Below are positions 9,037 through 18,991 of a stretch of DNA of 64,000 bases, one piece after another. Every line of letters starts with the position of its first letter. Position 1 is the stretch's first letter. Position numbers and translations under genes: made by a program. The stretch is from a bacterium (lineage in GTDB: Bacteria > Desulfobacterota > Binatia > HRBIN30 > CADEER01), in the NCBI GenBank assembly GCA_019637795.1, contig JAHBUY010000006.1:114330-178329 (forward strand). Direction: 5' to 3'. The notes beneath the pieces were generated by a model, which worked only from the letters and a program-made list of their open reading frames with translations, was not told where the DNA came from and searched no databases.

Positions 9037-9744
9037 ATGACGCGACTGCCGATGCTGCTGGCCCTGGTTGCCCTGAGCACGCCCGTCCTCGCCGACGACG
9101 CGCCGCCGCCGCGGACCATCGCGGTGACCGGCGAGGGGCGGGTGAGCGCCGCGCCGGACCTGGCGGTGGTGTCGTTCGGGGTCGAGACCACCGCCCCCAC
9201 CGCCGCCGCCGCGGTCGCCGACAACGCCAGGAAGAGCACGGCGCTGGTCGACGCGATCAAGCAGAAGATCGGCGCCCGCGACACGGTGGCGACGACGCAA
9301 TACTCGCTGTCGCCGGTGTACGAACAGCGCGACCGCGCCAGCCAGGCGCCGCCGAAGATCACCGGCTACATCGCGAGCAATCTGGTGCGGGTCGAGCTGC
9401 ACGATGTGAAGGCGGTCGGCGCGCTCATCGACGCCGCCACCAGCGCCGGCGCCAACCGCGCCAACGACCTCCAGTTCACGCTCGAGGAGCGCGCCGAGGC
9501 GCAGTCGCAGGCGCTGGCGCGCGCCGGCGCCGACGCCAAACGGCAGGCCGCGGCGGCCGCGGCGGCCCTCGGGGTCGCGCTCGGCCGCGTGCTCTCGGCG
9601 AGCACGGGCGGCGGCCCGATCATCATGCCGAAGACCTTCGCCCGCGCCGGCATGGTGGCGATGGCCGAGAGCGTGCCGCCGCCGGTCGAGGCCAGCGACG
9701 TCGACGTCACCGCCACCCTGCAGGTCACCTACGAGATCGAGTAG
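9037..9744 (+). CDS. SIMPL/DUF541 family periplasmic protein (YggE-like)
   Basis: Signal peptide, then ...AAPDLAVVSFGVET...KITGYIASNLVRVEL...VDVTATLQVTYEI, the typical SIMPL domain layout. Confidence 0.8.
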   Translation: MTRLPMLLALVALSTPVLADDAPPPRTIAVTGEGRVSAAPDLAVVSFGVETTAPTAAAAVADNARKSTALVDAIKQKIGARDTVATTQYSLSPVYEQRDRASQAPPKITGYIASNLVRVELHDVKAVGALIDAATSAGANRANDLQFTLEERAEAQSQALARAGADAKRQAAAAAAALGVALGRVLSASTGGGPIIMPKTFARAGMVAMAESVPPPVEASDVDVTATLQVTYEIE

Positions 9745-9772
9745 CGCCTTCGCGCCACGGGAGAGGACAGGA

Positions 9773-10483
9773 ATGGCTTCGAGGATCCAGCGCGCTGCGG
9801 CAGTCAGCGCCAGCATCGCCCTGCTCGGCGGCTGCGCCGCCTGGGAACAGCAGAGTCGCACCACCAAGGGCGCCGTCTACGGCACGGCCGCCGGCGCCGC
9901 GGCGGGCTCGGCGATCGGCGCCATCGCCGGCGGCGGCTCGGGCGCCTGGAAGGGGGCGGCGATCGGCGCCGCGGTCGGCGCCGTCGGCGGCGGCCTGATG
10001 GGCAACTACATGGACAAGCAGGCCGAGGAGATGCAGAGGGTCGTCGACCAGAACGACCGCCTGCGCAAGGAGCAGGAGACCATCTACCTGTCGCTCGGCA
10101 GCGACGTCCTCTTCGATTCCGGCAAGGCGACCCTGCAGCCCGGCGCCCGCAGCAAGCTGCGCGAGCTGGCCGGCATCCTCGACCGCTATCCGCGCACCAC
10201 CGTCGCCATCACCGGCAACACCGACAGCCGCGGTAGCGACGAGCTCAACGACCGCCTGTCGAAGGAGCGCGCCCAGGCGGTCGCCGACGAGCTGGTCGCC
10301 AACGGCGTCAACCCGGCGCGCATCGCCACCTTCGGCGCCGGCGCTTCCAATCCGGTCGCCTCCAACGCGACGCCGGAGGGCCGGCAGCAGAACCGCCGCG
10401 TCGACATCGTGGTGCGCCCCGACGAGAGCACGCAGGGCGGGCAGCCCGCCCCGGCGCCGAGCGGCGGCGCGGAGCCGAAGTAG
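9773..10483 (+). CDS. OmpA/MotB-domain lipoprotein with glycine-zipper N-terminal region
   Basis: LLGGC lipobox, a Gly/Ala zipper, and a C-terminal OmpA-like motif TGNTDSRGSDELNDRLSKERAQAV. Confidence 0.8.
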   Translation: MASRIQRAAAVSASIALLGGCAAWEQQSRTTKGAVYGTAAGAAAGSAIGAIAGGGSGAWKGAAIGAAVGAVGGGLMGNYMDKQAEEMQRVVDQNDRLRKEQETIYLSLGSDVLFDSGKATLQPGARSKLRELAGILDRYPRTTVAITGNTDSRGSDELNDRLSKERAQAVADELVANGVNPARIATFGAGASNPVASNATPEGRQQNRRVDIVVRPDESTQGGQPAPAPSGGAEPK

Positions 10484-10488
10484 CCGAC

Positions 10489-10533
10489 GGCCTCGTGCTG
10501 ACGGACGAGCCCGTCACCCGTCAGCACGAGGCC
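10489..10533. terminator. GC-rich hairpin between convergent genes (candidate bidirectional terminator)
   Basis: GGCCTCGTGCTGACGG (10489-10504), a 13-nt loop, then CCGTCAGCACGAGGCC (10518-10533). Perfect 16-bp stem, no U-tract. Confidence 0.45.
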
Positions 10534-10540
10534 CGATTGC

Positions 10541-13500
10541 TCAGTCGCACCGCAGGGTCGATCCCAACGCGGCACAGGCCGGCGCGGGCGCGCCGCCGGG
10601 ATTGAACGTCGCGCTGCCGCACTGGCCGGCGGCGCCCTGCGGCTGGCTGCCGAGGACCACCACCAGCTCGAGGTTCTCGCTGGCGACGCGGAAGTCGTTG
10701 CCCTTGCCGCGGACGGTGAACTGGAAGAGACCCGGCGTCCGGCTGCTGCGGTCCTTGAGCATGACCTTGCTGACGCCGCCGGCGAGCCCGCCGTCGCGAT
10801 CGGAGAACTTCCAGGCGGAGCCGCCGCGCGCCCACCCCGGGGTCGAGGCGCCCGGCGGCACGAAGCGGGTCAGCAGCGGCTGACCGGTGCCGCGGTCGCG
10901 CACCTGCAGGCTGAAGCCGTTGACCGATGGATCGATTGCCGGCAGCAGCGACGGTAGCCGCAGCTCGCCCTTGAGGAAGAGCTTCTCGTCGCCGGCGGGC
11001 AGCGCGTTGCGGGCGATCTTCAGCTTCACGTTCGCGAGCGCCACGCCGCCGCTGCAGACGAGCTGCGGGCCCACGGTCGGCGTCGGCGTGGCCGTCGGCG
11101 CCACGGTCGTGGGCGTGGCGGTCGGCGCCAGCGCGGTGGGCGTGCCGGTGGCGGTCGACGCCGGCGTGCTGGTGATGGTCGCGGTCGCCGTGCCGGTCGG
11201 CGTGCCGGTCGCCGTGCGGGTGAACGTCATCGTCGCCGTCGGCGGCACCGCGGTGGGCGTGAAGGTCGGCGTCGCCGTGCCCTCCGGCAGACTCAGCGGA
11301 TCGGCCGGATCGGAGCCGGCGTCGAGCTCGTCGCGGTCGAAGCGGTTGTCGAGGTCGCGGTCGATGCCGATGCGCTGCCCGGAGCCCGGCGGCACGCAGG
11401 TGTACACCTGCTCCTGGCCGGCGCTGCCGGCCAGCGCGCGCAGGGCCGTCTTGTCGATCAGTGGCTCGCTGACGCGGTCGCTGCGGAAGCTGTTGCCGCC
11501 GGCGTACACCCAGCCGCGCGCCTCGCCGCCGCTGACGCCCTTCACCACCAGATCGCAATCGCCGGCGTCGTCGCGGCCGATCAGGAGATCGATGCGGGCG
11601 ATGACGGTCGAATCGGCGACGCTGCTCGGGGTCACCGACACCTGCTGCCCGACCGCCGGCTTCAGGCCGGTGTCGAAGGCGAGGATGAACGCCTCCAGGT
11701 TGCGCCGCTTGGTGTTGGCGTTGCTCCCGAAGGTGAAGACGCCCGCCTGGAGGAAGTTGAACACGGTCGGCACGCTGCCGTCGTGCAGGAAGCCGAAGCC
11801 GCGCACCTGATTGCCGGCGCTGCCGAACATGCCGACCTTCTGGTAGGCGTTGCGCAGGTGGGCGATCTTGAACTCCTGCGGCTCGCCTTCGAACGACGAG
11901 AAGCCGTCGGTGCCGAACGGCAGCGCGTGACAGAGCGCGCAGGTGAGCACGCCGGCGTCGACGACCTGATCGGTGAAGAAGCTCGCGCCGGCGCTCTCCG
12001 CGACCGTCGCGACGTCGGTCAGCGCCCGCACCGGATTCGGCGGATAGCGGACGCTGAGGATGAAGTCGGTGAACTCCTGCATCTCGCTCGCCGTCAGCTC
12101 GCTGTCGCGGCCGAGCAGGCCCACGAAGGCGGGATTGAACTCCTTGAAGGCGAGATCCTCGTTGAGCGGATCGCCGCCGTTGGTGCCGCCGGTGCGATCG
12201 CCGCGCCAGTGCATCGGACCGGCGTCGGCCATGCCGCGCAGGCTCTGCGTCGTCATCGGCCCCTTCATGGGATGGAACGGCCCGCCGCTGCCGATGCGGA
12301 AGGGATTGGGATTGGCGACGATGGCGCCGAAGGGATCGCCGAGATCCCACGCCAGGCTGTCGAAATCGCCGAAGATGTGACAACTGGCGCAGGCGCTGTC
12401 GCCGTGCCCCGAGGTGTCGTGGGCGTCGTAGAGGAAGCGCCGGCCGAGCTTCGCGGCCGGCGGCGACGGGTCGAAGCGCAGCGGCACGACGGCGGTCTGG
12501 GCGCGCGCCGCGTTGCTCGCGTCGCTCACCACCGAGATCGTGTGATCGATGCGGTTCATGACGTAGAGGCGGTCGCGGGCGGCGTCGAGCACGACACCGC
12601 TCGGCCCGTTCCCCACCGCCACCTGCTGTTCGCTGACCGTGCCGGCCTCGAGCGCGTTGGTGTCGATGGCGGCGACCTTGCCCGACCCGAAGGCGGCGAC
12701 GAACAGGGTGAGGCCGTTGGGCGCGAACACCATGTCGGTCGGGAAGGCGAGGCTCTGGTCGCGCTCCGCCTGCGAGCCGGTGGCGACGGCGTAGTCGACG
12801 TGCGGGTTCAGGTGCCGCGCCGTCGGCGTGGTGCCGTTGATGATGGTGATGCGGCTCTCCGCGATGTGCCCCTGGACGCCGCCGGCGGCCAGCGGTTCGA
12901 AGCGGACGTGGTTCCGCGATTCGAGGTTGCTGACGTAGATCTTCCCGTTGTCGGGGCGCACCGCCATGTTGAAGAGAATCGTGCCGACGCCGACGACGGT
13001 GTTGTTGCTCGCCAGCAGCGCCGGCGGATTGGCGGTGGCGTTGATGATGAAGACGTCGCGGTCGGGGAGCGTGAACGGCACCCGCGCCGTCCAGTCGCGG
13101 CTGATCTCGTCCTCCCAGCGGCTGTTCGCGGGGTTGAACTTGACGATCAGGCCGGTGTCGGGCGGGTTCGCGGTCGCGCCCGGCGGCGGCGGCGGCAGGC
13201 CGCCGTTGTTGGTCACCACGCCCTCGCTGAGCGCGGTGGTGCGGTTGCCGGACTGGAAGGCGGCGGCGTAGACGCGGGTGCCGTCGGGCGACACCGCCAG
13301 CGCGCGCGGGGTGTCGCTGAGGCACTGGATGACGGACAGTGGCGTGCCACCGAGCGCCGCGCCGGGCGCGTTGGCGTCGAAGGCCCAGACCAGCGCCCGC
13401 GCCGTGCCGGCGGTGGTCAGGTTCGCCGGCACCGTGCCGGGCAGGTTCTGGCCGCGGCGCGCGGTGGTGACGAAGGCGCGGTTGAATCCCGCGCCGGCGA

Positions 13501-13903
13501 AGACGATGTCGCGCGGCTCGTCGCCGACCAGCAGGGTGCGGGTCACCCGGCTCCGGGTCACGTCGCCGGGATCGACCTCGACGATGCTGACGCTGTCCGA
13601 GAGATGGTTCACCACCCACGCCTCGACCCGGCCGCCGGCGTTCACCCGGCTCGCCACGGCGACCGGCTCCAGGCCCACCGCCACCTCGGCGGCGAGCGTC
13701 AGGCCACCCGCATCGACGTCGTAGATCTCCAGCCGGTTGTCGGGCGTGTTGACGGCGAACAGGCGGTTGCCGTCGGGCGACAGCGCCAGGGGCCGGACAT
13801 GCCCGCTCTCGAAGTTCACGAACGAGCCCTGTGCCAATGCCGGCCAGGGCGCCAGCAACACCATGGCGACGGCAAGACGTCCCCCGAACGACAACACGCG
13901 CAT
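10541..13903 (-). CDS. secreted YVTN-type beta-propeller fused to a di-heme cytochrome c peroxidase-like domain, a Thr/Pro-rich linker and a C-terminal domain
   Basis: Signal peptide MRVLSFGGRLAVAMVLLAPWPALAQG. Two CxxCH sites (ACASCH, CALCH) and a CCP-type F-x4-LRN motif (FKIAHLRN). The TP linker is ~69 aa. Confidence 0.8.
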   Translation of the reverse strand: MRVLSFGGRLAVAMVLLAPWPALAQGSFVNFESGHVRPLALSPDGNRLFAVNTPDNRLEIYDVDAGGLTLAAEVAVGLEPVAVASRVNAGGRVEAWVVNHLSDSVSIVEVDPGDVTRSRVTRTLLVGDEPRDIVFAGAGFNRAFVTTARRGQNLPGTVPANLTTAGTARALVWAFDANAPGAALGGTPLSVIQCLSDTPRALAVSPDGTRVYAAAFQSGNRTTALSEGVVTNNGGLPPPPPGATANPPDTGLIVKFNPANSRWEDEISRDWTARVPFTLPDRDVFIINATANPPALLASNNTVVGVGTILFNMAVRPDNGKIYVSNLESRNHVRFEPLAAGGVQGHIAESRITIINGTTPTARHLNPHVDYAVATGSQAERDQSLAFPTDMVFAPNGLTLFVAAFGSGKVAAIDTNALEAGTVSEQQVAVGNGPSGVVLDAARDRLYVMNRIDHTISVVSDASNAARAQTAVVPLRFDPSPPAAKLGRRFLYDAHDTSGHGDSACASCHIFGDFDSLAWDLGDPFGAIVANPNPFRIGSGGPFHPMKGPMTTQSLRGMADAGPMHWRGDRTGGTNGGDPLNEDLAFKEFNPAFVGLLGRDSELTASEMQEFTDFILSVRYPPNPVRALTDVATVAESAGASFFTDQVVDAGVLTCALCHALPFGTDGFSSFEGEPQEFKIAHLRNAYQKVGMFGSAGNQVRGFGFLHDGSVPTVFNFLQAGVFTFGSNANTKRRNLEAFILAFDTGLKPAVGQQVSVTPSSVADSTVIARIDLLIGRDDAGDCDLVVKGVSGGEARGWVYAGGNSFRSDRVSEPLIDKTALRALAGSAGQEQVYTCVPPGSGQRIGIDRDLDNRFDRDELDAGSDPADPLSLPEGTATPTFTPTAVPPTATMTFTRTATGTPTGTATATITSTPASTATGTPTALAPTATPTTVAPTATPTPTVGPQLVCSGGVALANVKLKIARNALPAGDEKLFLKGELRLPSLLPAIDPSVNGFSLQVRDRGTGQPLLTRFVPPGASTPGWARGGSAWKFSDRDGGLAGGVSKVMLKDRSSRTPGLFQFTVRGKGNDFRVASENLELVVVLGSQPQGAAGQCGSATFNPGGAPAPACAALGSTLRCD
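11072..11280. repeat. low-complexity Thr/Pro/Ala-rich linker-coding repeat inside the 10541..13903 CDS
   Basis: Translation TPTFTPTAVPPTATMTFTRTATGTPTGTATATITSTPASTATGTPTALAPTATPTTVAPTATPTPTV. Confidence 0.7.
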
Positions 13904-14018
13904 GCCCCGTACCCCCGACGACCGTGCCTATCCCGCAGCCTCGGCCGAGACAACCCAAATGTTGCCAAGCGGCCGCCGGCGCGATCCGGACGGTCGCCGC
14001 GGGCGGCGTCCGAGGGCC

Positions 14019-14810
14019 TCAGCCGGCCAGGCCGCCGGCGATCGCGTCGCGCGTCAGATCGCGCAGCGAATCGACCGCGGCGCCGGCGATCGCCGGCGGG
14101 GGGTCGATCGGCGCGCAGAAGAGGACCTCGATGACGTTCCCCGGCCGCAGCCGCCACCACGGGTGCCGGGCCAGCGCCGCGAAGCTGCCGCGGATCGCCG
14201 CCGGCAGCACCGGCAGGCGGTTGCCGACCGCGAAGTGGAACGCCCCCTTCTTGAACGGCTGCAACTCGCCGCTGCGGGTGCGCGTGCCCTCGACGAAGAA
14301 GACCACCTGGCCGCGGATGCGGCGCAGCGCCGCCTCGGCGACGCTGCGCATCGCCTCGGCGTGGTTGGCGCGGTCGACGATCACCTGCCCCGCCGGCCGC
14401 AGCAGCCAGCCGAAGATCGGCCAGCGCGTCAGCTCGCGCTTGGCGACGAAGCGATACGGCGGCGGCAGGGCGCGGATGAGCGCGAAGATGTCGAACAGGC
14501 TGGCGTGGTTGGCGCACACCACGTAGGTGCGCGACCAGTCGATCGGCACCGCCTCGCGCACCCGCAGGCGGATGCCGGTGAGGGCCAGCAGGACGGTGGT
14601 CCAGAGGTCCCTGGCCACCCAGCTCGCCAGCGCCGCGTTGGCCTCGAGCATGCGATCGAGGATGTCGGCGCGCCCGGCGCGGGCGCGCAGCAGCCCGTAC
14701 CAGTAGCGCGGGTAGATGGCGATCAGCAGCGCCGCGCCGACGACGCCGGTCCACAACGCGCAGAGCGCGATGCGCAGCGAATTCGAGGCGACGCGGATCG
14801 CGGAGCCCAT
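14019..14810 (-). CDS. plsC: 1-acyl-sn-glycerol-3-phosphate acyltransferase
   Basis: NHASLFD (HX4D) and FVEGTRTRSG (FPEGTR) motifs. Confidence 0.85.
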   Translation of the reverse strand: MGSAIRVASNSLRIALCALWTGVVGAALLIAIYPRYWYGLLRARAGRADILDRMLEANAALASWVARDLWTTVLLALTGIRLRVREAVPIDWSRTYVVCANHASLFDIFALIRALPPPYRFVAKRELTRWPIFGWLLRPAGQVIVDRANHAEAMRSVAEAALRRIRGQVVFFVEGTRTRSGELQPFKKGAFHFAVGNRLPVLPAAIRGSFAALARHPWWRLRPGNVIEVLFCAPIDPPPAIAGAAVDSLRDLTRDAIAGGLAG

Positions 14811-14981
14811 CGCCTCAGGCGTGCGTCCGTGTGAGCGCCCGATGGCCAGGCGCGGCTGGCGCCGCGGGCGCGCGGCGCCGAACCCGACGGCGCATCCGTG
14901 CGATACGCCGGAGGCTCGGCAACGCGGCGATCGCGGACGTCCGGGCGCGCCAGGGCATCATGGCCTCTCCCGCGCGGACGC

Positions 14982-16046
14982 CTAGGGGTGCAGGCCGACG
15001 CCGCGCAGCCCGCTGTCCTCGGGCAGGCCGAGCATGCAGTTCATGTTCTGGATCGCCGAGGAGGCGGCGCCCTTGCCCAGGTTGTCGAGCGCGCCGAAGG
15101 CGACCACCCGGCGCCGCCGCTCGTCGACGTCGACGCCGATCTGCACGAAGTTCGATCCCGCCACCGAGGCGACGCTCGGGTAGGGGAGATACTGCCAGCT
15201 CGCCTTCGGATCCTTGGCGAAGGCGAGGGTGCGCACGAACGGCTCGTCGCGGTAGAAGTCCTCGTACAACGCCAGCACCTCGTCGCGGCTGACGGCGCGG
15301 GTGAGGAAGCCGTGGCAGCCGGCGAGGATGCCGCGCGTGAAGGGACAGTAGTAGGGCGTGAAGTGCACGGTGACCGGCGCGCCGGCGACGCCGCTCAGCT
15401 CCTGCTCGATCTCGTAGGTGTGGCGGTGGTCGACGACGTTGTACGCGAAGACGCCGTTGCCGATCTCGCTGTGGTGGGTGGGCGTCACCGGCTCGGCGCC
15501 GGCGCCCGAGGTGCCGGAGAGGCCGTCGACGACCACCCGCTCGCGGTCGATCAGCCCCGCCCGCACCAGCGGCGCCAGGGTGAGGATCGCCGTGTAGGCG
15601 AAGCAGCCGGGGTTGGCGACCAGCCGGGCGCCGCGGATCGCCGGCCGGTGCAGCTCGGTGGCGCCGTAGGGCGCCTCGCCGACCAGCTCCCAGCAGGTGT
15701 GCTCCGCCTTGTAGACGCGCTCGAAGGTGGCGCGGTCCTTGAGCCGGAAGTCCGAGCCGATGTCGACCACCTTGGCGCCGCGCGCCAGCCAGTCGGGCGC
15801 CTTCTGCATCGACTCGCGCGCCGGCGTGCAGAGGAAGACGACGTCGGCATCGCCCGCTTCCTCTTCGCGCACGAAGCGCAGATCGGTGCCGACCAGGTTG
15901 CGGTGGATCGCCTGCAGCGACCGGTCGCCGCGCGAGGTGACGAAGGCGATGCGCGCCCGCGGATGGCCGAGCAGCAGGCGCAGCAGCTCGCCTCCCGAGT
16001 AGCCCGATCCACCGACGATGCCGACCGCGACCGATTGCGTGCTCAC
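14982..16046 (-). CDS. argC: N-acetyl-gamma-glutamyl-phosphate reductase
   Basis: N-terminal IVGGSGYSGGELLRLL, the catalytic Cys region ANPGCFAY, and a C-terminal FGALDNLGKGAASSAIQNMN. Confidence 0.9.
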   Translation of the reverse strand: MSTQSVAVGIVGGSGYSGGELLRLLLGHPRARIAFVTSRGDRSLQAIHRNLVGTDLRFVREEEAGDADVVFLCTPARESMQKAPDWLARGAKVVDIGSDFRLKDRATFERVYKAEHTCWELVGEAPYGATELHRPAIRGARLVANPGCFAYTAILTLAPLVRAGLIDRERVVVDGLSGTSGAGAEPVTPTHHSEIGNGVFAYNVVDHRHTYEIEQELSGVAGAPVTVHFTPYYCPFTRGILAGCHGFLTRAVSRDEVLALYEDFYRDEPFVRTLAFAKDPKASWQYLPYPSVASVAGSNFVQIGVDVDERRRRVVAFGALDNLGKGAASSAIQNMNCMLGLPEDSGLRGVGLHP

Positions 16047-16163
16047 GCCGTCTCCTTGTCCACGGCTCCCGCTTAGCGCGCATGCCCGCGCGGCGGAAGA
16101 GCCGGCGGCGCCGGCGTTTCCACGACCGCCCGCCCGGTCGCGCCCGCGCGCCGCCGGCGGCCG

Positions 16164-16997
16164 TTACGGCTGCAATCGCCGCTGGGCGGTGAAGAACCAC
16201 ACGCGCATGGCGGTGCGGGCGAGCAGGAACAGCTCGCCGAGCAGCAGGGTCGCGGTGAGGCCGATGGTCTCGTGCAGCGGCCACGCCAGGCTGCTCGCCT
16301 CCGACAGCGCCAGGATGCCGAGGGCGGTGAGCTGCAGCAGCAGCGCCAGGCGCAACGTCGCCTCGCCGTCGCGCAACACGAAGCGCAGCGCCCAGGCGTA
16401 GGCGCCGGACGCCGACGAACCGGCGACGGCGGCGCGCAGCCGCGCCTGATCGTGCACGGCGACCAGCACCAGCATGCCGAGCAGCCAGAGCGCCAGCGCC
16501 GCCGCCCCGATCGCCTCCCAGACATACGCGCCGGGATGCTCGCGGGTGCTGCGCAGCAGCCCCCAGGTCGGGCCGGCGACGGCGCCGCTCCACGACGCCG
16601 CCAGCAGCAGCGCCAGGCCGTAGAGGCGCGCCATCACCGGCGCCAGGGCGAGGCCGCGGGCCCACGGCTCGCCCTCGGCGTCGACGGCGGAGGCGACGAT
16701 CACGCCGTCGAGCCACCACCACAGCGCCACGTGCGCCACCCCCAGCACCGCCGCGACGACGCCGAGCATGCGCAGCCCTTCGCCGTGGTGGTACCAGAGA
16801 TCGACCAGCACGTCGGGGTCGAGGTGGTGCGCCAGCGTGCGCGTCGCCAGCGATCCCTCCAGCGCCGTCGCCAGCCAGGCCTGCGCCGCGAGCGCGAAGG
16901 CCAGGCCGAACGCGGCGCCGATCAGCCACAGCGCCAGCACCAGCGGCCACCGGCGCAGCATGGCGCGAAAGCCGCCGAGATAGGCGGACCAGGTCAC
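16164..16997 (-). CDS. hypothetical polytopic membrane protein
   Basis: Several hydrophobic segments; immediately downstream of the M1 peptidase gene on the same strand. Confidence 0.5.
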   Translation of the reverse strand: MTWSAYLGGFRAMLRRWPLVLALWLIGAAFGLAFALAAQAWLATALEGSLATRTLAHHLDPDVLVDLWYHHGEGLRMLGVVAAVLGVAHVALWWWLDGVIVASAVDAEGEPWARGLALAPVMARLYGLALLLAASWSGAVAGPTWGLLRSTREHPGAYVWEAIGAAALALWLLGMLVLVAVHDQARLRAAVAGSSASGAYAWALRFVLRDGEATLRLALLLQLTALGILALSEASSLAWPLHETIGLTATLLLGELFLLARTAMRVWFFTAQRRLQP

Positions 16998-17004
16998 CGG
17001 CGTC

Positions 17005-18963
17005 TCACAGGCCGCTCAGGGTCAGCAGCGCGCCCTGCAGCCACAGGCCCCAGCGACCGCCGAGCCGCCACGGGCCGCGGGTGCCCGGATCGCGCAGGCG
17101 CGAGTTGTTCAGGTGGTTGCGGTCGAGCGGCAGCTTGCCGTCGGGGTCGACCACCGCGTAGGTGGCCTGGCGGGTGCTGGTGACGTCGATGCGGTACCAG
17201 CGCCCCTGCCCGTCCCACGTCTCGCGCGTCTCGCCGCCGTCGTCGAAGACGACGCGGATGTCGACCGGCACGCGCAGCTCGCCGCGGCGCTCGATCACCA
17301 CCTCGCTGCGATAGCGCGGCGGCTCGGCGGACGGCACGCCGCCGGGCGACGCGGCCGGCAGCGGCGGCGGCACCTCGCGCACCTCGATGCGGGCGACGGC
17401 GTAGTCGAGCGTGCCGGTGTCGTGCAGGAGCTGTTCGAGGACGCCGTCGGCCGCGCCGCCGGTGGCGGCGCTGAAGGCGGCGCGGAAGTCGCGCTCGCCG
17501 GGATGCGCGAAGCGGTACTGCCGGGCGTAGGCGCCGAGCGCGGCGAGCACCCGATCCTGACCGCCCAGCAGCCCGCCGAGGGTGCGCAGCACCAGGTTGG
17601 TCTTGGCGTAGGTGACGCCGGCGTAGGCCTGGCGATCGAGCATGCGGTAGGACGGGGTGGCGATCGGATCCCACGAGCCCGCGGCGAGGTAGCTGGCGCG
17701 GGCCAGCGGCACGGCGTCGACCCGCAGATCGCCGATGTCGACGTAGCTGCCGGGACCGTAGGTCTCGTCCATGATCAGCCCCTCGACGTAGGCGTTGACG
17801 CCCTCGTCGAGCCAGGCCTCGTTGACCTCGTCGCTGGCGAGCATGCCGTACCAGTACTGGTGTCCGGTCTCGTGCACGGCGATCGCCTCGGGCAGGCGGA
17901 CGCCGCTCGGCATCCACCAGGTGGTGCCGACGGTGATCAGCATCGGGTACTCCATGCCCGCGGCGCCGAGCCCGCCGGGGCCGGGGTCGACCACCGTGAG
18001 CTGCGGGTACGGAAAGGCGCCGAACCATTCCTGCGAACGGGTGAGCGCGGCATCGACGGCGCCGAGGTAGCGCGGCGCCTGCGCCAGGTGGTGCGGCTGG
18101 ACGAGGAGGCGCACCGGCACGCCGGCGAGGCGCTCCTCGACGACGCGGAACCGCGGGTCGGCGGCCCAGGCGAAGTCGTGCACCCGCTCGGCGTGGACCT
18201 CCAGGGTGCGCGTGCCGTCGCCGTTGTCGCGATCGGCGGTGGTGACGCCGGTGGCGCCGACCACCGCCTCGGCGGGCACCGTCAGGGTCGCGTCGTAGGT
18301 CGCGAAGTCGGCGAAGAACTCGCTCGCCGCGTGGTACTGGTGGGCGTGCCAGTCGCCGTCGGCGGCGCGCACCGCGAGCTTCGGATACCACTGGGCGACG
18401 AAGAAGAACGGCGCCGCGTGCCCGCTGCGCATGAAGAGCCGCGGCAGCGTGGCGACGAAGTCGCTCTCGAGCTCGATGGTGGCGCCCGGCGGCACCGGCG
18501 CCGGCAGGGCGACGCGCGCCAGCGTGCGGTCGTCGGCGTTGCCATCGTCCGGCTGCACGTAGGTCAGGTGGCCGAGCACGTCGTTGCCGTCGACCCGCAG
18601 GGTGGCGACGTCGATCCGCCCCCAGCCGTCGGGATGGCGCCGCCACCAGCGCTCCGCCTCGGCGCCCAGCTCGCGCATCAGGGTGGTGCGGTTGCCGGCG
18701 AAGGCGTTCAGGTAGAGGTGCAGGTACAGCTCGCTCGCCGGCGTGCGGCTGGGGTTGCGCCAGCGGGCGCGCAGCGAACCGCTGACGGTGCGGGCCTCGG
18801 CGTCGAGGCGGGCCTCCAGGCGGTAGGCCAGCGGTGGCGGTGGCGCCGGCGGCGCGGCGCCGGTGGCGCGCGACGCCGCCAGGGCAGCGGCGAGCACGAC
18901 GGCGCGCGCGACCACCGGCCATTGCCGGGCGGTCGCGCGCGCGGAATCGGGAATCCGGGTCAC
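17005..18963 (-). CDS. M1-family zinc metallopeptidase (aminopeptidase N-like), secreted
   Basis: HETGHQYWYG (HExxH) followed by WLDEGVNAY (third zinc ligand Glu); N-terminal signal peptide. Confidence 0.85.
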   Translation of the reverse strand: MTRIPDSARATARQWPVVARAVVLAAALAASRATGAAPPAPPPPLAYRLEARLDAEARTVSGSLRARWRNPSRTPASELYLHLYLNAFAGNRTTLMRELGAEAERWWRRHPDGWGRIDVATLRVDGNDVLGHLTYVQPDDGNADDRTLARVALPAPVPPGATIELESDFVATLPRLFMRSGHAAPFFFVAQWYPKLAVRAADGDWHAHQYHAASEFFADFATYDATLTVPAEAVVGATGVTTADRDNGDGTRTLEVHAERVHDFAWAADPRFRVVEERLAGVPVRLLVQPHHLAQAPRYLGAVDAALTRSQEWFGAFPYPQLTVVDPGPGGLGAAGMEYPMLITVGTTWWMPSGVRLPEAIAVHETGHQYWYGMLASDEVNEAWLDEGVNAYVEGLIMDETYGPGSYVDIGDLRVDAVPLARASYLAAGSWDPIATPSYRMLDRQAYAGVTYAKTNLVLRTLGGLLGGQDRVLAALGAYARQYRFAHPGERDFRAAFSAATGGAADGVLEQLLHDTGTLDYAVARIEVREVPPPLPAASPGGVPSAEPPRYRSEVVIERRGELRVPVDIRVVFDDGGETRETWDGQGRWYRIDVTSTRQATYAVVDPDGKLPLDRNHLNNSRLRDPGTRGPWRLGGRWGLWLQGALLTLSGL

Positions 18964-18991
18964 CCGTCCGTCCGACGGACGGTCGGCACTC

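Noticed and set aside
10521-14134. 1145-aa minus-strand ORF (10521..13958) and 783-aa + strand ORF (11783..14134)
   Set aside because: Shadow frames of the 10541..13903 beta-propeller/CCP gene. Only that frame has the signal peptide, the CxxCH sites and the LRN motif.
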